Of a stretch of 64,000 bases of DNA, positions 9,280 to 19,499 are shown piece after piece. This stretch comes from an uncultured Desulfosarcina sp. Its GTDB lineage: Bacteria; Desulfobacterota; Desulfobacteria; Desulfobacterales; Desulfosarcinaceae. The number at the start of each line of letters is the position of its first letter. Position 1 is the first letter of the stretch. The notes under the pieces were generated by a model that was not told the origin of the DNA, did no database searches, and worked only from the letters and a program-made list of their open reading frames with translations. The stretch is taken from NCBI GenBank assembly GCA_963674945.2, contig CAXXWQ010000003.1:32001-96000 (forward strand), written 5' to 3'. The translations under genes and the position numbers were made by a program.

Positions 9280-10398
9280 TCATTTTTCCATCCAATACAT
9301 CGATCTTTCGACGACCTGGATCAAAGCCTCCATATCTGCGGAAAAAACGTCGCCGATATTGCCGATACGAAACGTATCGAGATCCGTGACCTTGCCCGGA
9401 TAAATGACAAAGCCCTGCTTCTTCAAGTTGCGATAGAACTCCTTGAACGTGTAATCGGGATGCACCGGGCTGTGAAAGGCCGTGATGATGGGAGATTGCC
9501 ACCGTTCATCCAGCAGGGGGGAGAACCCGAGTTTCTTCATGCCCCGAACCAGCCGCCTGTGGTTGCCGACATATCGTTCATAGCGGGCTGCAATTCCACC
9601 TTCCTCCGCCAGTTCTTCCAAGGCCTGTGCAAAGGCTCTCACCGCATGGGTCGGAGAAGTAAAACGCCATTTTCCCTCATGATGCTCCATGGTTTCCCAT
9701 TGATCGTAAAGATCCAGGCTGAGTGACCCGGCATTTCCCCGGGTTTTTGCAAGGAGCGCCCGATTGGCGATGACGAACCCGAATCCGGGAACCCCCTGGA
9801 TGCATTTATTGGCGCTGCTGATGACAAAATCCGCGCCAATCCGATGCATATCCATGGGAATGCCCCCGAAGCTGCTCATTGCGTCCACGATATACCGTTT
9901 TCCATGGGAGCGTACGATACGGCCGATCTCTTCCACGGGATTAAGCATTCCCGTTGTGGTTTCACAATGGACCACCGCCACATGGGTGATGTCCGTTTCT
10001 GTCGTGAGAGTTTTCTCGAGCCGTTCCAAATCCGGCGGATCGGTTTCTCCGTTGTCATGGATCAGCAAGGGGATGCTGGCCCGCTTGGCGATCTGGGCGA
10101 TTCTCCTGCCGTAGGCACCATTGGCCAACACCAGCAGCTTTCCGGTTTTGGGCACGGCAGTGATGATGGTGGATTCCACGCTGAAGGTGCCGCTTCCCTG
10201 CATCAACACGGCAGTATAGCCGTTATGATCCGTTGCCAGTCGTACCAATTGGTTTCGGATGCGCTGAACGATCCGGCTGTAATCCTCATCCCAGGTGCAC
10301 CAGTCTCTCATCATCACACTTTTTACGGTTTTGGTGGTGGTGAGAGGGCCGGGGGTAAGCAGGATATATGGATTTTCAGGAAGGTTATCGGTTTTCAT
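9280..10398 (-). CDS. phnW: 2-aminoethylphosphonate-pyruvate transaminase
   Basis: [43 protein letters not shown] and GFVIYPGK motifs. Confidence 0.96.
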   Translation of the reverse strand: MKTDNLPENPYILLTPGPLTTTKTVKSVMMRDWCTWDEDYSRIVQRIRNQLVRLATDHNGYTAVLMQGSGTFSVESTIITAVPKTGKLLVLANGAYGRRIAQIAKRASIPLLIHDNGETDPPDLERLEKTLTTETDITHVAVVHCETTTGMLNPVEEIGRIVRSHGKRYIVDAMSSFGGIPMDMHRIGADFVISSANKCIQGVPGFGFVIANRALLAKTRGNAGSLSLDLYDQWETMEHHEGKWRFTSPTHAVRAFAQALEELAEEGGIAARYERYVGNHRRLVRGMKKLGFSPLLDERWQSPIITAFHSPVHPDYTFKEFYRNLKKQGFVIYPGKVTDLDTFRIGNIGDVFSADMEALIQVVERSMYWMEK

Positions 10399-10465
10399 TT
10401 GTTTCTCTCCACGGAAAAGCGGTCAGCCTATCGCTAACGGATAGTCTCTCATATTTGGTTCTCTT

Positions 10466-11872
10466 CTAATCATTTGTTGTTTTGCTACGCCTGATGTTTT
10501 CCTTCTCACTTAGAATTGCTGTCTCGAGGATGTCCAACGCCCGTTCCATCTCCGCATCCGAAATGGTCAGGGCCGGCGTCAGAGTTAGGAAATTACCGCC
10601 GGAAACTTTAAAGCTCAGGCCCCTTTCAAGACAGGCATACATGATCCTTTCCGCCTCGAGGACCGCCGGTTGACCGTCGTTTGCCAGTGCAACGCCGAAA
10701 AGCAGCCCCCGACCGCGGATGTCGTCCACCAGCGAATACGTTCCAAGATTGCTTCGCAAACGCTTTCGCGCGATCTCTCCCAACACTTCGGAACGTCTGA
10801 CCAGTTGATGTTCCTCGATATATTCGATAGCGGCCAGGCCGGCGGCACAGGCGACCGGATTTTTCTCATGGGTGTAATGACCCAGGGCGATCTTCCTGCC
10901 GACATTCAACTCTTCCCGCGCAACGATCGCCGCCAGGGGGAACACGCCACCGCCCAACCCTTTGCCCATGATCAGGATATCCGGAATTACATCCTCATGC
11001 TCACAGGCGAACATTTTACCGGTCCTGCCCAGGCAGACGGCGGTTTCGTCGAAAATCAACAGGGCACCGTACCGGTCACAGGCCCGGCGCACCGCTTGCC
11101 AGTATCCCTCAGGAGGTGGATTCACCCTGGTGCAGCGGATCGGCTCGGCAATCACTGCGGCGATATCGCCCTCTTTTTCCATGACGTATTCGACATAACG
11201 GGCGCATTTCAGCCCGCAGGCATCGCAGTTGCCCGACGGGTCCCATAGACAATTGCGTGGATCGGCCGGGGGGACATGCTCCGTGCCGGGCAAAAGCGGG
11301 CCGATGCCTTTTCGAAAAAGGGCTTCGCCGCCCACGGAAATGGCATCCAACGATGCGCCGTGAAAAGCGTCCCACATGGAGATGGTTTTAAACCGACCGG
11401 TGGCCACTCGGGCCAGTTTCAAAGCCATGCCCACCGCACTGGTGCCGCCGGGGGCAAACAGCACGCGGTTCAGATCGCCGGGAGCAATCCGGACCAGCTT
11501 TTCCGCCAGCCGGATGGCCGGCACATTGGTATAGCGGCGGGGGCAGAAAGGAAGGGTTTCCACCTGCCGCCGAACGGCATCCAATACCGCCGGATTGGCA
11601 TGGCCGGCCTGGTGGAGGCTGTTGCCATGAAAATCCAGGAACCGTTCCCCCGAAAAGTCCGTAAAACCACCGTCCAAACAGCCGGACAACACATCCAGGC
11701 AGGGCGTGGAAAGGGATTGGTGCAAGAATACATCGGCATCCCGTCGAAGCCAGTGGCGGGTTTCCTGATCCAGCCTGTTGGTCCACTTTTGCCTTAACGC
11801 AGAAAGGTTCGCGTCGCCTTCGGACAGGTCCACCGGCGTTGATTCCGGCGATGGTGGTTGGGAAGTATTCAT
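10466..11872 (-). CDS. pbfA: Class III PLP enzyme, probable (R)-1-hydroxy-2-aminoethylphosphonate ammonia-lyase
   Basis: FLHQSLSTPCL, DFHGN, FDE, GKGLGGG and GHYTHEKNP motifs. Located between phnX and phnW. Confidence 0.85.
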   Translation of the reverse strand: MNTSQPPSPESTPVDLSEGDANLSALRQKWTNRLDQETRHWLRRDADVFLHQSLSTPCLDVLSGCLDGGFTDFSGERFLDFHGNSLHQAGHANPAVLDAVRRQVETLPFCPRRYTNVPAIRLAEKLVRIAPGDLNRVLFAPGGTSAVGMALKLARVATGRFKTISMWDAFHGASLDAISVGGEALFRKGIGPLLPGTEHVPPADPRNCLWDPSGNCDACGLKCARYVEYVMEKEGDIAAVIAEPIRCTRVNPPPEGYWQAVRRACDRYGALLIFDETAVCLGRTGKMFACEHEDVIPDILIMGKGLGGGVFPLAAIVAREELNVGRKIALGHYTHEKNPVACAAGLAAIEYIEEHQLVRRSEVLGEIARKRLRSNLGTYSLVDDIRGRGLLFGVALANDGQPAVLEAERIMYACLERGLSFKVSGGNFLTLTPALTISDAEMERALDILETAILSEKENIRRSKTTND

Positions 11873-11890
11873 GCGAATTCTTTTTGCCGA

Positions 11891-12727
11891 TTAAATGGGC
11901 CTTTCGCCGTTTGCCAGGCGCCGGTTGATCTTTTCGATGAGGGGAAGACATTCCCAGATGCCCCTTGCCGTGTAATGAACACCGGTTTGTCGAAAACGTT
12001 TTTCGATGTCCGCCAGTTTTCGATTCAACTCCGCTTCCGGCAGGGATTGCACCTTTTTTCGTGTCAGTCCCAGTTCATTGCCGGACTGGGTCAGGCCGAT
12101 GGTCCACATGCCCGCGTTCAACCCCTCCTGGATGTCGCTGATGGTATCGCCGATTTTCACCAGGGCCGACATGGGGTAGACACCCAACTCAATGGCGTTC
12201 AGGTAACACATCCAGGGATAGGGGCGGCCGTTGGGCACATCGGTGGAACATTTCACGGCATCCGGCGAATAGCCCTTCTGCCTTGCCAAGGGTGCCAGCA
12301 CCGCCATCATCGGAGTCGTGTACCCGGTGCAGGAGCCAATTTTCATCTCCAGCCTTCTCATCTCTTCCACGGCTTCCAGAAGTCCGGGAATCAGGTCCGC
12401 ATGACGACAGATGGCCGAAACCATCATGGGTTCGGTCTCCTCATAAAGACCCGCCACATCATTCTCATCCGGATTCTTTCCGTGAACCTCCTTCCACCGC
12501 TGCCGGATACGCGGAAGATCCAACATACCCCGGATATGATCCTTTTTCATCAGTCCCATGAATTGGCGGGCCTCATGTATGGTGACGTTGATGCGAAATT
12601 TCTCAAATACGTCGACGAAAACGGCCGCCGGACCCAAACAGCCATAGTCGACAGCCGTGCCCGCCCAGTCTAAAATGGCCCCCTTCAACGGACCTGTATA
12701 GGACGATGTCGGAATGATTTGTTTCAT
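11891..12727 (-). CDS. phnX: Phosphonoacetaldehyde hydrolase (phosphonatase)
   Basis: DWAGT..DYG, MGL.KKDHI, GRPYPWM and KIGDT.SDI.EG.NAG motifs. RBS precedes the ATG at 12727. Confidence 0.95.
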   Translation of the reverse strand: MKQIIPTSSYTGPLKGAILDWAGTAVDYGCLGPAAVFVDVFEKFRINVTIHEARQFMGLMKKDHIRGMLDLPRIRQRWKEVHGKNPDENDVAGLYEETEPMMVSAICRHADLIPGLLEAVEEMRRLEMKIGSCTGYTTPMMAVLAPLARQKGYSPDAVKCSTDVPNGRPYPWMCYLNAIELGVYPMSALVKIGDTISDIQEGLNAGMWTIGLTQSGNELGLTRKKVQSLPEAELNRKLADIEKRFRQTGVHYTARGIWECLPLIEKINRRLANGERPI

Positions 12728-12744
12728 TTTCCTGTCCTTTTCTG

Positions 12745-14502
12745 TCAATGACGTATCCATGCCTGGCTCCTTGCTTTCATCCCCCTGGTCAGCCAACTGT
12801 AAAGAATTCTCACCAGAAGATTGGTGAGTACCACGAGGATGGACATGGCGCATGCCGGGGCGATATCACCGGCATCGTCCATATTGGCGATGGCGACGGA
12901 GGCAAGCGGGATGTCGGCGGAGTAGAGAAAAATGACCGCCGATACGGTGGCCATGGAGTTGACAAAATAATACATGCCGATTTCGAGTATCGCCGGCAGA
13001 CAAACCGGAACGGATACCCTGAAAAAAGTTTTGTAAAACGGAACGCCCAAGGATTCGGAAACGGTCTCAAACTCCTTGTCCAGCTGTTTCAGTGCGGTGG
13101 TGGCGGTCAGGAAGCTGACGGAAAAAAAGTGAATGATATTGCTGATGACCAAAATGCCCATGGTGGCATAGAGAAATCCGAATGGGTTGGGAATGGTCAG
13201 CCCGAAAAAAGACCAGCCTCTGGCATTGAAAAAGAAAATGTAGGAAAGCCCGATGACCAGGCCTGGCAGGGCCAACGGCAGGATCGAAAGAAAATAGGCG
13301 GTCTGGCGCAATTGTCTCATCTGCCGTGTTTTCTCGATGAGATAAGCGGCGGAAAAAGTAATCGCAGTGCCGAAAAATGCCGAGTAGAGACTCATTCGGA
13401 TGCTGTTGAAAAAAGCGGCATACCCGCCCCCGCCCATCCCGGCGAATCGATAATGCCAAAATCCCAGCTCTATTTTGTAAGGCCATACTTTGACCAGTGA
13501 GGCAAACAGGGCCGTTCCGTAAAATGCGATGATCAGAAACGAGATCAGGCCGCAGTATATGAGCCCAAAACCGTCTCTGAACGTTTGCGGTTCCGGTGTC
13601 AACGGTACGGATTTGGCCGCAATTAAAGAGACCTGTCTGCGCTGGATGATGCGATCCACCACAAAAGCGATCACGGTGGGAATCAGGAGCACGATGCTGA
13701 CAACGGACCCCATAATGAAATTCTGCTGTCCGATGACCTGTTTGTAGATGTCCGTTGCCAGGATATTGAAATTGCCGCCGACTACTTTGGGCGCGCCGAA
13801 ATCGGTGAAGGCCAGAATGAAACAGACGAACACGGCACTGAGCAGACCGTATTTGATGCCCGGCAGGGTAACGGTGAAAAAAGTGCGAATCCGGTCGGCA
13901 CCGAGAGAATCGGCGGCTTCGTAGAGACGGGCATCTGTCATACCAAGGGCGATGGTCAGAATCATGACGGCCTGGGGAAAGGTGAACAGCACTTCGGAAA
14001 TGATGATTCCCACCGCTCCGTACAGGTGGATGTCAACTCCGGGAATGGCGCCGAAAAAGCCCCGCGTGATCAGTCCCTTTCTGCCGAAAAGATAGACAAG
14101 GGCAATCCCGTTGAGCAGGGTCGGGGCAAACAGGGGCATCATGGCCAGTGACTTGAAAAACCCCTTCCCCGGAATGCACGTGCGGGTCAGGGCATAGGCA
14201 TACATAAATCCGAGACTTACGGCAATACCCGTGGTCGTCAGCGAAACGAAGAGGCTGTTGCCCAGCGAACGGGACAAAGACGGCGTTCTGAAATAGTGGA
14301 TGTAATTGGCCAACCCCACGAATTCTCCCTGGGGATTGACCATGCTTCGCCCGAGCAGTTGGAACAGGGGCAAAAGAACCATGACGAACATCCAGATGCA
14401 GACGAGGATGATCATCAGATGCCGGATCCACAGCTCGGTATCAATTTGCTCAAAAAAGCCCTGCCGTGCAAAAGCGCCGTGAGCTTCGGCAGCATGGCTC
14501 AT
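12745..14502 (-). CDS. Putative 2-aminoethylphosphonate ABC transporter permease (two TM modules)
   Basis: Two EAA-type loops (LYEAADSLGA, FETVSESLG). Operon context. Confidence 0.9.
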   Translation of the reverse strand: MSHAAEAHGAFARQGFFEQIDTELWIRHLMIILVCIWMFVMVLLPLFQLLGRSMVNPQGEFVGLANYIHYFRTPSLSRSLGNSLFVSLTTTGIAVSLGFMYAYALTRTCIPGKGFFKSLAMMPLFAPTLLNGIALVYLFGRKGLITRGFFGAIPGVDIHLYGAVGIIISEVLFTFPQAVMILTIALGMTDARLYEAADSLGADRIRTFFTVTLPGIKYGLLSAVFVCFILAFTDFGAPKVVGGNFNILATDIYKQVIGQQNFIMGSVVSIVLLIPTVIAFVVDRIIQRRQVSLIAAKSVPLTPEPQTFRDGFGLIYCGLISFLIIAFYGTALFASLVKVWPYKIELGFWHYRFAGMGGGGYAAFFNSIRMSLYSAFFGTAITFSAAYLIEKTRQMRQLRQTAYFLSILPLALPGLVIGLSYIFFFNARGWSFFGLTIPNPFGFLYATMGILVISNIIHFFSVSFLTATTALKQLDKEFETVSESLGVPFYKTFFRVSVPVCLPAILEIGMYYFVNSMATVSAVIFLYSADIPLASVAIANMDDAGDIAPACAMSILVVLTNLLVRILYSWLTRGMKARSQAWIRH

Positions 14503-15617
14503 GCGGCAACCTTTTCCTGCCGATACACGCGAAGGCGATCCTGGGGCAGATGGATGGGAACGTAAACATCTTCTTTGATATTGAGGCGCCGGACTTTTTC
14601 AGCCGTTACATCGGCGTCGATGGTCCTGCTGCCGCTGTTTCGCATCGGCAGGTCCAAGGTGATTCGAAACAGCGGCCCCCGGTATTCCATGGCCTTCACA
14701 TAGGCCTGAAAGGTGTTGCGTTTGTCCTCACTACCGGTGTTGATCATGATATCTTCAGGACGGATCGCCAGGGTAACCGGATGCCCCGCGGGAAGCCGCC
14801 GGGAACCGTTTTCTCCGGAAATCATCAGCGTATGATCGCCGATGCGATAGCACCCGTCTTCGACCTTCACCGCCTGGTCAATGAAATTCATGGAACCGAT
14901 AAACGATGCGACGAAAGGCGTTGCCGGCCGATCGTAGATATCCGTCGGCTTTCCATTTTGCACCAGCTGCCCGCCTGCAATCACCAGAATGCGGTCGGCC
15001 ATGGTCAGGGCTTCCTCCTGGTCATGGGTCACCATGATGGTGGTTACCCCGAGGCGCTGCTGCAGGTGTCGGATCTCCGAACGAAGCATGACGCGAACCT
15101 TGGCATCCAGTGCGGACAGCGGTTCATCCAGCAGCAACAGATCCGGAGACAGGGCCATTGCCCGCGCCAGGGCCACTCGTTGCTGTTGACCGCCGGACAA
15201 TTGCGCCGGATATTTCACGCCGATCCCGGAAAGCCCGACCAAATGCAAAAGTTCTTCCACTCGATTGCGAATTGAGAATTTCTCTTTATTACGTCCTCTC
15301 AGGCCATAGGCGACATTATCCGCAGCCGAAAGATTGGGAAACAGCGCGTAGGACTGAAATACGATTCCCACATTGCGACGGGACACCGGAAGGTTCGTCA
15401 CATCCCGTCCCTGGATGAGAACCCGTCCTTCGGTTAATGATTCCAGCCCGGCAACCATGCGAAGCAGGGTGGTTTTCCCGCAGCCGGACGGTCCCAGTAC
15501 GGAAATAAATTCTCCCGGCTTTGCCGTAAACGAGACGTTCTTCAGCGCCGTGAATTTTCCGAATTTCTTGGTGATGTTTTCAACCTGAAGATAATGTTTG
15601 GATGCGGGCTGGTTCAT
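14499..15617 (-). CDS. Putative 2-aminoethylphosphonate ABC transporter ATP-binding protein
   Basis: GPSGCGKT, LSGGQQQRVALARA, LLLDEP and VTHDQ motifs. Confidence 0.93.
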   Translation of the reverse strand: MNQPASKHYLQVENITKKFGKFTALKNVSFTAKPGEFISVLGPSGCGKTTLLRMVAGLESLTEGRVLIQGRDVTNLPVSRRNVGIVFQSYALFPNLSAADNVAYGLRGRNKEKFSIRNRVEELLHLVGLSGIGVKYPAQLSGGQQQRVALARAMALSPDLLLLDEPLSALDAKVRVMLRSEIRHLQQRLGVTTIMVTHDQEEALTMADRILVIAGGQLVQNGKPTDIYDRPATPFVASFIGSMNFIDQAVKVEDGCYRIGDHTLMISGENGSRRLPAGHPVTLAIRPEDIMINTGSEDKRNTFQAYVKAMEYRGPLFRITLDLPMRNSGSRTIDADVTAEKVRRLNIKEDVYVPIHLPQDRLRVYRQEKVAA

Positions 15618-15645
15618 ATTTCACCTTTTCCATTCTGGATGGGTA

Positions 15646-16680
15646 CTACTTGGCATCACTCTTCCCATCATACCGTTTCGTCCACTCCGCCAGAATCCTG
15701 GTCCGGTTCTTGGCGGCCCAGTCAAAATCGTTTTCGATCAGCTGGCCTTCCGGATCCTTTGGAAAGCCTTCGGGAATCGGTACGTCCGTGGCATAGGCGG
15801 TAACCGGATAGACCTGGGCGTACTCTTTCATTACGGGTTCGCTGATGGCCCAGTCCAAGAATGTTTTGGCGGCCGGCTTGATGGTCGCTTTCTTGATCAG
15901 GCAGTTGGCCTCCACATCCCAGCCGGAACCTTCCTTGGGAAAGACGGTGATGATCGGCTCGCCTTTTTTCTTCTGCATGAACCCCCTATAAGCAAAAGAG
16001 ATACCGATGGCGGTTTCGCCTGCCCCCGCCAGTTTGCATGGCTTGGAACCGGAATGGGTGTAACGGATGATATTCTCGTGGAGTTTATCCAGGTAAGCCC
16101 ACCCTTTTTTCTCACCCATGGTCTGTAAAATTGCAGAAACGGTGAGAAAACCGGTTCCCGAAGAGGCCGGGTTCGGCATGATCAGCTGATTCTGGTAGAT
16201 GGGATTGATCAAGTCCGCCAGGGACTCCGGGATGGGCAGTCCAAGAGCTTCACATTCGATCGTGTTGACGCAGAAACCGGTCATCCAGGCTTTGATGCCG
16301 ACCCAATGGGGCACGGCGTTTTTATCCTTCATCTTGGGGCGGACCTTTTCGACCCCTTTGGGGGCATACGGCGCTACCATACCGGCCTGATCGCAGAGCA
16401 TCAGGCTCGTGGCGGCGGTTCCCCATACCACATCCGCACGGGCATTGTCTTTTTCCGCCAGCAGTTTGGCGGTAACGATGCCGGTGGAGTCCCGCACGAT
16501 TTTAACGTTGATCTCCGGATGTGCCTTCTCGAACAGGGCCAGGTAGCGAGGAATCTCATCATCTTCCAGGGCTGTATACACCAGCAGGTCTTCGGCACAG
16601 ACCAAAGCCGGTCCTGCGATCATGGTAACCGCCAGCAACAACAGCCAGAGGGAGGTGAAAAGAGGTTTCATTGCTTTCAT
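15646..16680 (-). CDS. Putative 2-aminoethylphosphonate ABC transporter substrate-binding protein (AepX-like)
   Basis: Signal peptide. [21 protein letters not shown] and YTHSGSKPC motifs. Confidence 0.9.
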   Translation of the reverse strand: MKAMKPLFTSLWLLLLAVTMIAGPALVCAEDLLVYTALEDDEIPRYLALFEKAHPEINVKIVRDSTGIVTAKLLAEKDNARADVVWGTAATSLMLCDQAGMVAPYAPKGVEKVRPKMKDKNAVPHWVGIKAWMTGFCVNTIECEALGLPIPESLADLINPIYQNQLIMPNPASSGTGFLTVSAILQTMGEKKGWAYLDKLHENIIRYTHSGSKPCKLAGAGETAIGISFAYRGFMQKKKGEPIITVFPKEGSGWDVEANCLIKKATIKPAAKTFLDWAISEPVMKEYAQVYPVTAYATDVPIPEGFPKDPEGQLIENDFDWAAKNRTRILAEWTKRYDGKSDAK

Positions 16681-16708
16681 CGGTGATTCTCCTTGTTTGT
16701 GATTGATT

Positions 16709-17652
16709 TCATTGATCGTCAGTCGTTAGGTTGTGCCGCAGTTTTCTCTCCTTGCCTTGACAAAAACGGGAGTCCCTGGATGCGCGATGATGCATCCGGG
16801 CCTCATAGACGATGTTCAAAAAGGCTTGAATGGTTCCAAGGCTTTTATATTCCTCCAAACAGACAAAATGCTGGGGGGCGGTCAGTTCAACATCGGCGAC
16901 CTTCAATTTGACCAGGCGATCGTCATGACCAAACTCATCTTCCAGGGCGATCCCGAAGCCACGGCTTCCTTCATCGTCTCCCAGGTGTCCAATTCCAGAA
17001 CGATGTCCGGTTTTACGGATTGTTCTTCAAGGGCTTCCCAAAATATCCGGCGCGTCATGGATTTTTCGGTTCGCGCCACCATGGGCTCACCGTCCAGATC
17101 CGCAATGGAAAGTGTATTCTTCTGTTTCGACCAGGGATGGTCCCTGGCAACAAACAGTACGATGTCCTGATCGCTGTATTTGTATTGATGGAGCCGAGGA
17201 TCGGATATCTTCCCCGTAATGCCCACGATGTCCAGTTGACAGGTCGGCACCTTTTCCAGCAACGGCTTGGAATCACCGATCTCGGCTTTGATCTGAATGC
17301 CGGGATAGCGTTCCATAAACACGGAGAGGATATCCATCACGAAATAGTGGCAGCTGAGCCCGATGTCGAGATATCCGGTCCGAAGATCCGCTGCCGCCTG
17401 CAACGAAGATTCAAAATCATCCAGCAATCCGATGATTTTACGGGCTTTTACGGTCAACTCCTTGCCCAGCTTGCTAAATTCCACCTGACGTCCCCACCGC
17501 TTGAGCAGTTTGGCGTCATAGCTTTCCTGGAGTTTCTTGATCTGTGCCGAAAGTGCCGGCTGGGAAATGCCGATGGAATCGGCCGCTCTGGAAAAATGTC
17601 TCTCCCGTTCCAGGGCATCCAGTGCTTTCAGTTGGGTGATATTGAAGGCCAT
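16709..17652 (-). pseudogene. LysR-family regulator of the phosphonate operon, frameshifted
   Basis: LysR HTH (HFSRAADSIGISQPALSAQIKKL). The frame breaks at about 16960 (EAV/GFGIALEDEFG...) and the C-terminus continues in ORF 16709-16906. Confidence 0.85.
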
Positions 17653-17796
17653 TCGATCTCTTTCGGGAATCGCTAAGGAGTTTTTTCTTTGTCGCACGCA
17701 AACCGGTACGTTACCGTATAATTGTGCGTGAGTGGTAAGGCCCGCCTGCGGGTGATCGCATCCCCTGACCCTCGATGCTTACAATAGCATTCTTTT

Positions 17797-17836
17797 TGTG
17801 AGTTTTTTGTTAGAAACAGGTGAGTTTATGATTAGT
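17797..17836 (-). promoter_or_regulatory. Four 11-bp-period boxes upstream of the lysR-phn operon
   Basis: TGTGAGT at 17797, TGTTAGA at 17808, GGTGAGT at 17819 and GATTAGT at 17830. Confidence 0.6.
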
Positions 17837-17966
17837 ATGCTTATGATAGGTTATCCGACGATAATCTACGGTTATAATTGACGGCAAAAAAATCCTGTTA
17901 ACTGTATATACTGCCATATAGGGTGGAAGCCCATGTAAATATCGATGTTTATGAGGTCGATGACGG

Positions 17967-18422
17967 TTATTTTTTATCCATCGGCGATTGCGAAAAACCT
18001 TCCTCGTCACGATTCAGTAGCCATTGTCTGATCGCATCCCGAATTTCACGCACCTTTGCAAGCTTTGCTTCTCGATCGCCTTCAACTTTTGACGGATCCG
18101 GAAAAGGCAGGTGCCACCGCCGTGTAATTCCGGGAAATACTGGACATTTGGATTCCGAATCGTGGCATACGGTGATGACATGATCGTAGAGTTTGCCCGC
18201 CTTGAACAACTCAAACACGCTTTGCGGCTTCTTCTTTGACAGATCGATGCCTTCTTCCTGCATTACCGCAACCACCAACGGGTTGACCGCATCGGCAGGC
18301 GCCAAACCCGCGCTTTCTACCTCATATTTTTCACCGGAAAATTTTTTTAAATAGGCTTCGGCGATCTGGCTGCGGCCGCTGTTGTGTTGACAGATGAAAA
18401 GAACGGTTTGTTTTTGGTTCAT
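17967..18422 (-). CDS. arsC: Arsenate reductase, LMW-PTP (thioredoxin-type) family
   Basis: C-x5-R P-loop (CQHNSGRSQIAE), ITVC...CP and FPDP motifs. Confidence 0.88.
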   Translation of the reverse strand: MNQKQTVLFICQHNSGRSQIAEAYLKKFSGEKYEVESAGLAPADAVNPLVVAVMQEEGIDLSKKKPQSVFELFKAGKLYDHVITVCHDSESKCPVFPGITRRWHLPFPDPSKVEGDREAKLAKVREIRDAIRQWLLNRDEEGFSQSPMDKK

Positions 18423-18498
18423 GTTATAACTCCCAAATTAAATATCGGTCGATTCCAACCTGATTGTTGCAATTTACAGAAATATTTTTTCATTTTAT

Positions 18499-18516
18499 TG
18501 TTAGGATTTTGTTAGG
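18499..18516 (-). promoter_or_regulatory. Two perfect CCTAACA repeats at 11-bp period upstream of arsC
   Basis: TGTTAGG at 18499 and 18510. Confidence 0.7.
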
Positions 18517-18543
18517 TAAATAAATTTCATCATTGCGAAAAGC

Positions 18544-18577
18544 AAAAGGCCCCAGTTTTGTAAGCCGGGGCCTTTTT
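18544..18577. terminator. Rho-independent terminator
   Basis: AAAAGGCCCCAG-loop-CCGGGGCCTTTTT. Confidence 0.75.
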
Positions 18578-18742
18578 GGTAGATACGCCGCTACTTTTAC
18601 TAATTGAGGCGTCGGGGTGTTTTCTTATAAATCGTTCGCCGTAATCAAATTCGGGCGGGATGAAAAATCGATGAAATTCTTTGGCTTCAGCAGCACGGCT
18701 GCCATGGAAAAAGTCATGAGAACCGCAATATCTGCATTGTCC

Positions 18743-19472
18743 TTAGAAGTGGAATCGAAAAGACAAGGATACGGTGTGCCCACTGAAATTCAGGTCGTTC
18801 GATGAATAGGACGCGTCCGTATCGGCGTTAATCGCTGAAATCAAATCCTGGTCCCCGTCCACGCTCTGCAGCAAAGTGAACTTGTATTGCAGATCGACGC
18901 TGAGCGGATACTTCTTCTTCACCAAATAATACTCCGCACCGATGCAGGCATGGCCCCCGTAAATTGTTCGTGAATAGTCCAAATGATAAGAACGGCTTTG
19001 TGTGGAGTACGCAATCTCACCTTCAACAAAACAGATATCCCCCCCGATTCCGCCGAACAGATACAGTGCATCGGATAAAGGCCAGTACTTTTTCACGGAG
19101 AAAAGGAGACACAAGATTTCTGCATCGATGGAGACGTGATCCCTAGCTTCCAGACGATTGCTCGCGTCGTCATCGACTCCGGTGTATCCGGCAACGATCG
19201 TAAGGCCGAGTGTTTCACTAAATTTTACTTCATATCCCAAACCAGTGGGCAAAAAGGCGTTGGCAGTCTTGGAATCAACACCCCAGAAGTCAAAAAAATC
19301 GGTATCGGTGAACGAATGAAGTTCCCAAATCAGGGAAAGGGACATGGTTTTGTCCGGAGTCCAGTTGATGGAACGTGCCATGTACGTGTCATTGTCTCCC
19401 CCGAAACCGTTTCCGCACAGGCCCCACAACCAAATCACAGCAAATGCAACGCACTTTTTTTCCTGGTGCCAT
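18743..19472 (-). CDS. Outer-membrane beta-barrel protein; signal-peptide start apparently out of frame
   Basis: Amphipathic beta strands and a C-terminal SLSFRFHF. The ATG at 19472 (MAPGKK) would join the frame if the T7 run at 19455-19461 were one base shorter. Confidence 0.65.
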
Positions 19473-19499
19473 CGTCACTCCCGATTCAAACCTTCGCGT

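Noticed and set aside
9001..17676. Long + strand ORFs opposite the phn operon (and similar ones opposite ppk1, the EPS genes and exbB)
   Set aside because: They are antisense shadows of GC-rich genes with clear family motifs, and carry no recognisable motifs of their own.
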